Positions 51,771 through 60,926 of a stretch of 64,000 bases of DNA are shown one piece after another. Source of the stretch: Candidatus Udaeobacter sp. Lineage in GTDB: Bacteria > Patescibacteriota > Patescibacteriia > Magasanikbacterales > GWA2-37-8. Numbering within the stretch: position 1 is the first letter of the stretch; each line of letters opens with the position of its first letter. The stretch lies in contig DATION010000005.1 in assembly GCA_035473115.1 (NCBI GenBank), positions 86,339-150,338 of the forward strand, in the 5' to 3' direction. The position numbers were made by a program, and so were the translations under genes. The notes below the pieces were generated by a model, which saw only the letters and a list, made by a program, of their open reading frames with translations, had not been told where the DNA came from and did no database searches.

Positions 51771-51875
51771 ACCACCAAAAGCGTCTACCCTGCCTACGTC
51801 TGTTTTTGACAGCCGTCAGCAGTGTTCTAGCACCTGACGAGCCTTTCGGTTCGGCAAGGTAGCACTTTTGATGGT
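51771..51875 (-). ncRNA. Putative four-way-junction ncRNA
   Basis: Nested stems ACCATCAAAAG/CTTTTGGTGGT and CTACCTTGCC/GGCAGGGTAG closing three hairpins, one with a GAAA loop. Confidence 0.55.
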
Positions 51876-51952
51876 CTATCCATTCTGTGCAAAGTGGATA
51901 TTTATTGACGCTTTCCCTTGGCTAGAAACAAGGAAATAAATTTTTCAATATT

Positions 51953-52042
51953 ATTATACCACTTCTAAAAAAATTACGCCAAATGGCCCGGTTTTGCTTT
52001 AAATAAAAGAAAAAAAACTGCCAGCAATTAGTTATCCACACC
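51953..52042 (-). repeat. Direct repeat copy 2 (promoter plus DnaA box)
   Basis: Matches 50932-51021 at an offset of 1021 bp. Confidence 0.92.
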
Positions 52043-52115
52043 ATCAAAAAATTTGAATTAATAATTTTAATTTATAATTGGACTTTGTTATTTTTCTATC
52101 GTATAATTTACCCGT

Positions 52116-53150
52116 ATGCAAAACCCAATTGAAGAAGAACAATCCCGCCTAACTACCCCAGAAGCTGACTCCGAAGAAAATGTCTTAGAAGTTACTTTAC
52201 GCCCGCAAAAGCTGGGTGATTTTATCGGCCAAGCGCAAATAAAACAAAATTTGGGGATCTCTATGGAAGCCGCCACGCAGCGCGGTGAAATGCTGGAACA
52301 TATTTTACTCTACGGTAATCCGGGTTTGGGAAAAACTACTCTGGCCAACATCATCGCCCGCGAAATGAACAGTAATATAAAAATCACTTCCGGCCCGGCC
52401 TTGGAAAAAGTTGGCGACTTAGCGGCTATACTATCTAATTTGCAAAACGGAGAAATTTTATTTATCGATGAAATCCACCGCTTAAACAAAACTATTGAAG
52501 AAGTTTTATATCCCGCCTTAGAAGATTATTCACTGGATATAATAATCGGCAAAGGCCCGGCTGCGCGTACTATTCGCATGCCTTTATCAAAATTTACTCT
52601 CATTGGTGCCACGACTAAGATTGGATTAATCTCTGCGCCACTGCGCGATCGTTTTGGCCATACTTTTCATTTGGATTTTTACGAACATGGTGATATTGAA
52701 ACTATACTTTTACGCAATGCCAAAATTTTAAATATGGATATAGAACCAGAAGCTGCGGCCCTGGTTGCCGCTCGCTCCCGCCGCACTCCGCGTATTGCCA
52801 ATCGTTTGCTTAAACGCGTCCGTGATTTTGCCCAAGTACGCCATAATGGTAAAATAGATAAAACTATTGCCGACAAAGCTTTAAACATGTTGGCTATCGA
52901 TCAGCTTGGACTTGATGAAATTGATCGCCGCTTACTGGACACTTTAATAAATAAATTTAGCGGCGGCCCGGCCGGATTAAATACCCTGGCTGCCGCTATC
53001 AGTGAAGAAATGGATACGATTGAAACTATTTATGAACCATTTCTGCTGCAAATGGGATTTTTGGAACGCACTCCGCGCGGACGCAAAGCTACTCCGGCTG
53101 CCTATGCCCATCTTGGCTATAACGCGCCAAAAAAACAAACTTTAATTTAA
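52116..53150 (+). CDS. ruvB: Holliday junction branch migration helicase RuvB
   Basis: LRP..L.DFIGQ, GNPGLGKTT, IDEIHRL and RTPRGR motifs. Confidence 0.98.
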   Translation: MQNPIEEEQSRLTTPEADSEENVLEVTLRPQKLGDFIGQAQIKQNLGISMEAATQRGEMLEHILLYGNPGLGKTTLANIIAREMNSNIKITSGPALEKVGDLAAILSNLQNGEILFIDEIHRLNKTIEEVLYPALEDYSLDIIIGKGPAARTIRMPLSKFTLIGATTKIGLISAPLRDRFGHTFHLDFYEHGDIETILLRNAKILNMDIEPEAAALVAARSRRTPRIANRLLKRVRDFAQVRHNGKIDKTIADKALNMLAIDQLGLDEIDRRLLDTLINKFSGGPAGLNTLAAAISEEMDTIETIYEPFLLQMGFLERTPRGRKATPAAYAHLGYNAPKKQTLI

Positions 53151-53152
53151 AT

Positions 53153-53437
53153 ATGCTAGTTGTCCCTCTCTACACCTTACTTATCGCCTATATTACTTTT
53201 TTGGCAATATTTTTTATTTTTTTTATTACCAATCTTTTGCATATTCTGCTTACCGGCACGACCACTTTTTTCAGCCTAATAATTACTTTTATAATTTTAG
53301 CCTTATCAATTCTGACAATCTATGCCACTTGGTATTATTTACAAGACACCATTTGGACCCAAACTATAACTTTGATTGATATAAATTGGCTTAAATCATT
53401 ACTGGCAAATTTTACCAGTAACCGGCAATATTTTTAA
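53153..53437 (+). CDS. Small membrane protein
   Basis: Two hydrophobic helices, tightly packed in the operon. Confidence 0.7.
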   Translation: MLVVPLYTLLIAYITFLAIFFIFFITNLLHILLTGTTTFFSLIITFIILALSILTIYATWYYLQDTIWTQTITLIDINWLKSLLANFTSNRQYF

Positions 53438-53439
53438 TT

Positions 53440-53982
53440 ATGTCTCTTAGATCTCTGATCAAACAAAAATCCTACGAAAAAGTAATGTTCACGGCTCGCC
53501 GCCATCCCATTACTTTTGTTCCTTACGTAATTTTTTTCTTGCTTCTACTGATTGTTCCTTTTGGTTTGTATTGGCTTTTAAATAATTCCAGTCTTAGCGT
53601 TTATCTAATTACTCCCACTGGCCGTACTCTGGGAATTCTGGCTGCCAGCGTCTATTTTTTATCAATCTTCTTATTTTTCTATACGAATTTTGTGACTTTC
53701 CATTTGGATGTCTGGATAGTAACCAACGATAGGCTGCTGGATATGGAACAAAAAAGTTTATTTGATCGCGTTATTTCCGAACTGGATTTATATCAAATTC
53801 AAGATGCCACTTCGGAAATAAGCGGGTTTTTTCCATCTATTTTTAACTACGGAAATATCAGCCTGCAGACAGCGGGGGCGATAGATAGATTTACTTTCAA
53901 AAATGTGGCTAATCCAAACAAACTGCGTGAATTAATTTTGGATCTATCAGCTGAAGATAAAAAATACCACGAAAAACCATAA
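53440..53982 (+). CDS. Membrane protein with bacterial PH domain
   Basis: WIVTNDRL...IQD.....G....FNYG.I..QTAG. Confidence 0.8.
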   Translation: MSLRSLIKQKSYEKVMFTARRHPITFVPYVIFFLLLLIVPFGLYWLLNNSSLSVYLITPTGRTLGILAASVYFLSIFLFFYTNFVTFHLDVWIVTNDRLLDMEQKSLFDRVISELDLYQIQDATSEISGFFPSIFNYGNISLQTAGAIDRFTFKNVANPNKLRELILDLSAEDKKYHEKP

Positions 53983-54010
53983 AACTAAAAAATCCCTTTA
54001 ATGGGATTTT

Positions 54011-55042
54011 TTAGAACACTCGTTCTACTGTCGTACTGGTATAATAATATTTTAAAATCTGATCATAGGTCCAGCCGTCTTTTAAGGCGTGTTTTTCGGC
54101 ATCATAATTACTCATGCCAAAGCCGTGACCGGACATTTTTTTACCTTTATCATAAATTGCTTTTACACTTTTGAGCCAGGGACGATCTGAACTTTTCCAA
54201 TTTTTAGTAGCGCCGCTGGAATGACTAAAATAAGGAGTGATTACGGGATTACCATTATAAACTACCATTTCACCCGCAGTGTCGGCCGCAGCCTGAGCCA
54301 CTTTGGGCATAAACAATTCCGAATTATAACCCAAATAAAGCTGATCTGCTGTGGTTGGATAAACATCAAATAATCTTTTGTCAGTGGGCGGATTTTTACT
54401 AATCAAAGCATTAGCATATGAACGCGCCGCCACCATTAACGCTTTAACGTATTCTGTGGGAGCGGTATTATACGTTTCCGCCACTCCAGCCACATACTGG
54501 TCAAGCGGTAATTCATTTATAATATACGGCTGCTGGCTTTTCGGCGAATAGCGATATTCAAAAACACCGCGATAAACATTAAAATTTATTTTTCCTCGCC
54601 CTTTTACCGGACGGCTATAACTAACCAAGGTAAAAAAACTTTGCTGGTCCTGAGGAACTAAACGAAAATATTTTGTTGAAGTTACAGTCAAACTTTCACT
54701 TTTAAAACTGTAAGTACCCTTTTTGTAACTGAGAACTGCCGTATCTTGCGCCAGTAGAGTACCAACAATTTCGCCATTTATCCAAACATCATAAATAAAA
54801 TCTGAGCTAAATTTAACCGAATCATTGGTTTTATATAAACCAACCCGAATATTTGGTTCGGAAATAAGTTCTCGCTTAGAATCTAAATTTTCGTCTGAAT
54901 TAATTATATCTCCCGCGCTAGTTGAGGAGCTTAAAACTACAGACACAGAACTTGAGACAGTGTCAGCCAAAACAGGGTTAAGGCCAATAAAAAACAGAGC
55001 CGATAAGGTCAAAAATTTATTTAAAAATGAAAATAGTTTCAT
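54011..55042 (-). CDS. SpoIID/LytB-domain peptidoglycan lytic protein
   Basis: INELPLDQYVAGVAE, AARSYA, DQLY.G, GHGFGMS and ILKYYY motifs. Confidence 0.9.
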   Translation of the reverse strand: MKLFSFLNKFLTLSALFFIGLNPVLADTVSSSVSVVLSSSTSAGDIINSDENLDSKRELISEPNIRVGLYKTNDSVKFSSDFIYDVWINGEIVGTLLAQDTAVLSYKKGTYSFKSESLTVTSTKYFRLVPQDQQSFFTLVSYSRPVKGRGKINFNVYRGVFEYRYSPKSQQPYIINELPLDQYVAGVAETYNTAPTEYVKALMVAARSYANALISKNPPTDKRLFDVYPTTADQLYLGYNSELFMPKVAQAAADTAGEMVVYNGNPVITPYFSHSSGATKNWKSSDRPWLKSVKAIYDKGKKMSGHGFGMSNYDAEKHALKDGWTYDQILKYYYTSTTVERVF

Positions 55043-55203
55043 ATTATTATAGCTGGATAATAATAACATAAAACCAAGTATATTTCCAGACTACCAACTA
55101 AAAATAATTTGTCTTTAAAAAAACAAACGAGGTACCCAAGGCGCCACTTGAATACCTCCGCGAACTCTCCTTAAACTACTACACCTGTCGCCCAGCCTGC
55201 CTC

Positions 55204-55659
55204 TTACAGCTGAACGTAGCCGTGCTTCACAGCAAACCGCGTAAGCTCGGAGTTGTTGCGCAACCCCAGCTTTTTCATCACATGACCGCGATGCGTATCA
55301 ACGGTCTTGACGCTGATCTCCAGCTGCTCGGCGATCTCCCGGTTGGTCAGGCTTCGCGCCAGCATCTCCATCACCTGCTGCTCGCGAGCAGTGAGAGCGC
55401 TGGCTGGATGACCTTCGGCTGCAACTTCACTCCGCAAGTGGTCCAGCCCTTCGGGTGGTAGAGACAAAAACTCCTCTAGACGATTACTGACAAACTTGTC
55501 CAGAGCGTCTGCAACAGCCTGTTTCAATTCAGGCTGTCTCGCTCTTACCACAATGGCAAAATCAGCCTGCTGCTGGCTGGTTAGCTCAGACAGATCAACC
55601 GAAAACGGTAATGACAACCACGCCGAAGGAACATGCAGAAGTGCGAATCTGACGGTCAT
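55204..55659 (-). CDS. LuxR-type HTH protein without a recognisable receiver domain
   Basis: LTAREQQV...TNREIA..LEIS.KTVDTHR...MKKLG. Confidence 0.85.
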   Translation of the reverse strand: MTVRFALLHVPSAWLSLPFSVDLSELTSQQQADFAIVVRARQPELKQAVADALDKFVSNRLEEFLSLPPEGLDHLRSEVAAEGHPASALTAREQQVMEMLARSLTNREIAEQLEISVKTVDTHRGHVMKKLGLRNNSELTRFAVKHGYVQL

Positions 55660-55840
55660 AATAACCTTCCTGTGTCACAAAGTGACGAGAGCTGTTGAAT
55701 GGATGGTTGGGAGCACTCCAACCTTCTATACAAGAAAGCCTAACAGAAAACCAGCTTTTGTCAATATAACAAACATTGCTATCAAACACCGCAATTGTTA
55801 TACTTAATACTAATAATATAATTGCTAATTTCGCTATAAT

Positions 55841-56125
55841 ATGTCTCTATTTTCCTTTTTCGGTCCAACTATAAAATATCCGCAAGATAAACATCAGGTT
55901 ACCACCGAACAGATAAAACACTTAATGATGCATACCCACTTAACGACTGTTAGCCAAGCTAATAAAGACACGGTGGCTGCGGCTGTGCTGGCCAGACGTG
56001 ACGGTGATGACAAAATTTCTCTGCAAAATATATACGAAGTTTTAACCAAGCTAAAAAATGAAAATCGCATTACCAAACTGGACCGAACTTTATTTATGAA
56101 AATTTTTCAAGATTCTTTAGTGTAA
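55841..56125 (+). CDS. Hypothetical protein
   Basis: ORF with upstream TATACT/TATAAT boxes, abutting the flippase gene. Confidence 0.7.
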   Translation: MSLFSFFGPTIKYPQDKHQVTTEQIKHLMMHTHLTTVSQANKDTVAAAVLARRDGDDKISLQNIYEVLTKLKNENRITKLDRTLFMKIFQDSLV

Positions 56126-56129
56126 TTAC

Positions 56130-57563
56130 ATGTCTCTAACTCGCTCCATTGCCAAAAATACTTTGGTACAAATTATCGGCAAAGCTATCAGCACAATACT
56201 TGGCCTGATAGCCATAGGCATTATAACCCGAACGTTGGGCGCCGAAAAAATCGGCTGGTACTCAACTGCCACCGGTTTTTTACAATTTGTTGGCATTTTC
56301 AGCGATTTTGGTTTTACAGCTATTACTGCCAAAATGCTTTCCGAGCCACAGCTCGATAAAACCAAACTGCTAAACAACTTATTCACCTGGCGATTTCTGA
56401 CAGCTTTATTTTTTCAAGGATTGGCTCCGTTTGCAATTTTATTTTTCCCTTACCCGGCACCAATCAAACTTGCCGTTGCGATAATGTCCTTATCTTTTTT
56501 TGCTATTTCAGCAAACCAAATTTTTATTGGTTATTGCCAATCTGCTCTTAAAATGGCCACCCAAATGACTGGCGAAATTTTAGGAAGGATTATTTTAATC
56601 GTTGGATTAACCATGGTCGCTGCCAAAAATTATGGCTTTCTGCCAGCTATGGCTGTGATTACTTTAGCATCAGTTGTCTACACATTTTATCTCTGGCAAA
56701 AAAGTCCTGGGGTCAAATTTTCTATAGATCCTACTATATCAAAAATTATTTTCCAAAAAATTTGGCCAACTGCCATCACCGTAATTTTTAACGCTTTTTA
56801 TTTACAAGGCGACCGCGTTATTTTACCGCTTTATACCTCACAAATAAATGTCGGCCTTTATAGTGTAGCTTACAGAATTTTGGATGTTGTCGCCCAAACT
56901 GCTGCGATGATTATGGGAATTATGATGCCGCTAGTAACTTTTGCTTGGTCGCGAAATTTAATAGATGAGTTTAAAAGAAAATACCAAATGAGTCTAGATT
57001 TGGTAGCTTTATTCCTTATACCAATGATCGCCGGCATAATTGTTTTGGCCAACCCGATTATGATTTTAATGTATCCGGGTTATAAAAATTTTTCTGACCC
57101 TGGTAAAATTCTGCAAATTTTGTCCGTAGCTATTTTAGGAATCGCTTTCGGCAATATTTTTGGCTACATGGCTTTGGCTATAGACCGGCAACGGCAAGCT
57201 ATGTGGATCTACTTTTCCGATGCTGTGCTAACCACTATCGCCTATTTTATTTTAATACCAAAATACGGCATATTTGGCGCGGCTGCGGCAGCAATTTTTT
57301 CTGAATTATATGCCGGACTAGGCTTGATGCTCCTGGCAAATTACTATGCCAAATTTTTTCCAAAATTAAAAACCCTGGCCAAAATAACTTTAGCCAGCGC
57401 CATTATGGGCGGCCTTCTCTATAAGCTTCAACCCTTAAATAGCCACACTTCGATAAATCTTGTTTTATCCATTATTGTCGGCGCTAGCATTTACGCTTTG
57501 CTTGTTATTGGTCTAAAAGTAATATCCAAACAGACAATTATAGAAGTTATAAAGCGCGATTAA
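56130..57563 (+). CDS. Polysaccharide flippase (Wzx/MOP family)
   Basis: IAKNT start, SDFG, DRVIL, VGLYSVAYR, LIPKYG..GAA; many TM segments. Confidence 0.88.
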   Translation: MSLTRSIAKNTLVQIIGKAISTILGLIAIGIITRTLGAEKIGWYSTATGFLQFVGIFSDFGFTAITAKMLSEPQLDKTKLLNNLFTWRFLTALFFQGLAPFAILFFPYPAPIKLAVAIMSLSFFAISANQIFIGYCQSALKMATQMTGEILGRIILIVGLTMVAAKNYGFLPAMAVITLASVVYTFYLWQKSPGVKFSIDPTISKIIFQKIWPTAITVIFNAFYLQGDRVILPLYTSQINVGLYSVAYRILDVVAQTAAMIMGIMMPLVTFAWSRNLIDEFKRKYQMSLDLVALFLIPMIAGIIVLANPIMILMYPGYKNFSDPGKILQILSVAILGIAFGNIFGYMALAIDRQRQAMWIYFSDAVLTTIAYFILIPKYGIFGAAAAAIFSELYAGLGLMLLANYYAKFFPKLKTLAKITLASAIMGGLLYKLQPLNSHTSINLVLSIIVGASIYALLVIGLKVISKQTIIEVIKRD

Positions 57564-57632
57564 ATTGTGAATATCAAAAAAACCTGTTAAACTAATTAAT
57601 AATACAGTGGTTTAATTATCTATTTTTAAAAT

Positions 57633-58700
57633 ATGAATTTTTCCAAATTTAAAGATATTACTTTTTTTAGCGAACTCATCTTGATCAGCATAGCTTTTCT
57701 GTACCTTATCAAACCATTTTTCTACCCTATTTTTTGGGCGGCCATAATCGCCGGGATTTTCTATCCGGTTTTCAAAAAAATAAACTCAAAAATAAAACAT
57801 GCCAACTTAAGCTCTTTAGCAACCATACTTATTGTTTTAGTAATAATCATTATTCCGGTAGCTGTTTTGGGCAGTCTGATTTTAAAAGAATCTCTAAACC
57901 TGTTTACCTCGTTATCAAATAACCAGGGGCCATTTGTAAGTACGGTAAAAAATGTTATCAATTGGACAAAAGATAATCCGATTACTCATAAATTCAATAT
58001 TGACGCCCAACAAATAACTGAAAAATTCACTGAGGTTGCCAAAACAGTTACCGACATACTTTTTACCGCTGCTAAAGATTTAACTCAAAATTCCTTAGTC
58101 TTCTTGGTAATGTTTATCATTATGATTTATGCTCTCTTCTTTTTCCTTAAAGATGGAGAAAGGGCGCTCAAATGGCTATCACGGATTTCTCCTTTAGGGG
58201 ACAAGCATGAAATAATCATGTACAAAAGATTTACTTCCACAGCTCGCGCAGTTTTAAAAGGCACAGTTATTGTCGGCGCTGTGCAAGGATTTTTGGGCGG
58301 AGTTTTATTTTATATTGTCGGTATTGAAAATGCTTTGATTTGGGCAATAATCATGGCTCTGCTTTCGGTAGTGCCAGGTTTTGGTTCTTACATAATCTGG
58401 TTGCCGGCAGCGCTTATCATGTTTGCTCTGGGCAATGTTTGGCAAGCTATTTTAATAATTATAGTTGGCACAATAGTAATTTCCACCATTGATAATTTTC
58501 TTAGGCCAATTTTGGTTGGTAAAGATACCCAGATGCATCCTTTGTTAATTTTACTTTCCACTTTGGGTGGATTGGTTTTATTTGGTATTTCCGGATTCAT
58601 TATCGGCCCGATTATTATGGCTCTATTTTTGTCTTTGTGGGAAATGTACGAAAGTTATTATAAAGAAAAATTAGATAATACTAATAAGGAATTAACATAA
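57633..58700 (+). CDS. AI-2E family transporter
   Basis: FFFLKDG, IDNFLRP.LVG, HP...STLGG...FG..G..IGP. Confidence 0.92.
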   Translation: MNFSKFKDITFFSELILISIAFLYLIKPFFYPIFWAAIIAGIFYPVFKKINSKIKHANLSSLATILIVLVIIIIPVAVLGSLILKESLNLFTSLSNNQGPFVSTVKNVINWTKDNPITHKFNIDAQQITEKFTEVAKTVTDILFTAAKDLTQNSLVFLVMFIIMIYALFFFLKDGERALKWLSRISPLGDKHEIIMYKRFTSTARAVLKGTVIVGAVQGFLGGVLFYIVGIENALIWAIIMALLSVVPGFGSYIIWLPAALIMFALGNVWQAILIIIVGTIVISTIDNFLRPILVGKDTQMHPLLILLSTLGGLVLFGISGFIIGPIIMALFLSLWEMYESYYKEKLDNTNKELT

Positions 58701-58774
58701 ATAAAATAATTTTCCATAATTAAAGATAAAAAACAAAATCCCTTCCTTAACAGGTTGGGATTTTGTTTTAATTG

Positions 58775-58846
58775 TTGCGGGGCCCGGACTTGAACCGGGA
58801 ACCTCCGGGTTATGAGCCCAGCGAGCTGCCCTTGCTCTACCCCGCT
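58775..58846 (-). tRNA. Initiator tRNA-Met(CAT)
   Basis: Unpaired 1:72, GGG/CCC anticodon stem, loop CT-CAT-AA. Confidence 0.93.
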
Positions 58847-58854
58847 ATGTTTGA

Positions 58855-58934
58855 AGTTAAAAGTCTTAAAGTCCATAAAGTCTAAAGTCGGCGGACTTTA
58901 AGGACTTTAAAAACTTTATGGACTTTCGACTTTT
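58855..58934. repeat. Inverted array of AAAGTC/GACTTT units
   Basis: About four AAAGTC units, a GGCG loop, then about five GACTTT-like units. Confidence 0.8.
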
Positions 58935-58937
58935 GTG

Positions 58938-59009
58938 AGCAGGTGAACGGAATCGAACCGTCGTCTCGTCCTTGGCAAGGACGCATAATAACCATTATAC
59001 TACACCTGC
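58938..59009 (-). tRNA. tRNA-Gly(GCC)
   Basis: GCAGGTG/CACCTGC acceptor, loop TT-GCC-AA, U73. Confidence 0.95.
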
Positions 59010-59286
59010 AGTGAGTGAAATAGACAATAAAATATTTTTAGATCACTTGTGAGATAAAAATATTTATAGTGGATATTTCCGAGCGAAGGTGAAATATACC
59101 ATAGTATACTACACCTGCAGTGAATGAAATTAATTTAATTTTTAGTTTCTATACTATACGCAAAATTTTTATTTTTGTCAATAAACCCCGTCTTCCTAAA
59201 CAAAAAACTGAGCTTTTAAACTCAGTTTTTTGTCTTACCTGTGCACAGGATCAGACACCCCTTTATCGTGTGGGGCGCACGCTTTT

Positions 59287-60723
59287 TTACTTAAAAACCC
59301 CTCCATGCTCAATGGTCACTCCGCTAGTGTGCGGAGAAGCAGCCACAATTTTCTCTGTCTTGTCACGAGCTTGGATCAGCCTATCATAGCTAACCGGCTG
59401 AGTATGCTCAATAAACAGTCTATTTAGCCTGGACTGATCGGACCAGACAAAATACCCATCCTCTTCAAATTTGCGATACAAAGCTAGGACTTCCGCCCAT
59501 TTATTTTTTGTGGCCTGATGCTTAAACCTCTCAAACACCGGACTTCCGGGCAGAATTATTTGTACAAAATTTCCCCAAGCGCGGATGATATCGCCAAACT
59601 CCGCAAGAACATCTTGGACAAAATCTGGCAACTCACCGAGGTTACTGTCTGTTACTCCATTACCAATTACTAAGCCAGTTTTAACATGTATGCCATTATC
59701 ACGACATATCTGCAAAACTCGCCTAATTGACGGCTGAGGTTTGTGGAGCGCTAGACGCGTTCTTTTATCCCAGCCATCAAAACCGATGTAAGCTATCCTG
59801 ATACCGGCTCGTTTGAGAAGTGGGGCCGTTTCCGGATTAATTGAGTTAGCTGTCAAATAGACAAACTTGCTTAGACCCCCTTCCTTGCCGAAATAGTTTT
59901 CTCGCTCTTGGCAATAATTGCTCAGCCAGCTCACCATTTCGCCAGGTCTAAGTGTTGGCAGCCATTGATTAGAAACATCAAAACACCAAGTTGCTCCCCA
60001 TCTGTCAGCCATTTGCCTCTCAAACCAAAAATGTTCAGCCAAATTCCTAAATACCGGTTTAAGATCAACACCTTGAAGGGAACACATATCGCAGACTTGG
60101 TTGGCATAAGCCCAAGCGCAACCACGAACACTCTCCATTGTCAGTTGGCGAATATTCGTAAACGGACCCATCCGGTAACTACTCGTTTCTTCGAGTCTTT
60201 CCGCTAAAGCAAGGTAGTTATCATAATTTGGCAAAGCATAACTATCCTTGGAAGCTCCTTCAACATACCCATTGGAAAAACGATCCCCAGCATATACCTT
60301 CCTTAATGTTTCTTCAGCATCTCCCACTGCAATATAATCTAAGTAATCTCTGCTTAGATAAGCAGACGGACAAACCCGAATAAGCTGTCCACCTACTCCC
60401 ACCTTAATTCTACCCTGGTATAATCGCTTAAGCTGCTCAAGAAGACTAAGTGTAGTTTGCGCATTATAAATCAAAATTGTTGCGAGGATGACAGGCTGGA
60501 AACCAAGTCTCAATCTTTCCTCAATAAGACTAATCAAAACACCAAGGGCTGTATTTCCAACTCCTAAGTAGCCCTCATCAACACAAACCCCTGGATACCC
60601 TAGAGCGGAAGAGATGTTGTTTAACACCGCAATACTGCTATTGGGCATCATTTTAGTTTCAAATCTCTCAGCCATTCCTTCGCCAGGATTACCATGAAAA
60701 AAAATGGGGCTGATTTTGATCAT
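59287..60723 (-). CDS. Radical SAM protein with B12-binding-like N-terminal domain and CX8CX2C motif
   Basis: VGVGG...YIAVGDAE, ESVRGCAWAYANQVCDMC and ILPGSP motifs. Confidence 0.8.
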   Translation of the reverse strand: MIKISPIFFHGNPGEGMAERFETKMMPNSSIAVLNNISSALGYPGVCVDEGYLGVGNTALGVLISLIEERLRLGFQPVILATILIYNAQTTLSLLEQLKRLYQGRIKVGVGGQLIRVCPSAYLSRDYLDYIAVGDAEETLRKVYAGDRFSNGYVEGASKDSYALPNYDNYLALAERLEETSSYRMGPFTNIRQLTMESVRGCAWAYANQVCDMCSLQGVDLKPVFRNLAEHFWFERQMADRWGATWCFDVSNQWLPTLRPGEMVSWLSNYCQERENYFGKEGGLSKFVYLTANSINPETAPLLKRAGIRIAYIGFDGWDKRTRLALHKPQPSIRRVLQICRDNGIHVKTGLVIGNGVTDSNLGELPDFVQDVLAEFGDIIRAWGNFVQIILPGSPVFERFKHQATKNKWAEVLALYRKFEEDGYFVWSDQSRLNRLFIEHTQPVSYDRLIQARDKTEKIVAASPHTSGVTIEHGGVFK

Positions 60724-60926
60724 ACTACCTCCTCCAGATTGTCAAAGAGTGATATTGAACTTTTTATAGTTTGATAAGTAATTTTACTATGATAACTAAA
60801 TTTGTCAGTAATAAATATCATAATTTATGGATAAAATAGCTCTATTTAAGAGGGAATTTAATATTTAAAATATTTTGTTCGTAAAAATTGACAAAATAAT
60901 TTAATTTTGTCATTATAATATAATCT

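Noticed and set aside
51771-51875. SRP 4.5S RNA
   Set aside because: Similar size and a GTCAGG motif, but it lacks the GGAA tetraloop and AGCAG loop and is branched
51007-52042. Replication origin suggested by DnaA boxes
   Set aside because: Only two perfect boxes, both from the same duplication, and no dnaA/dnaN nearby; better read as promoter regulation
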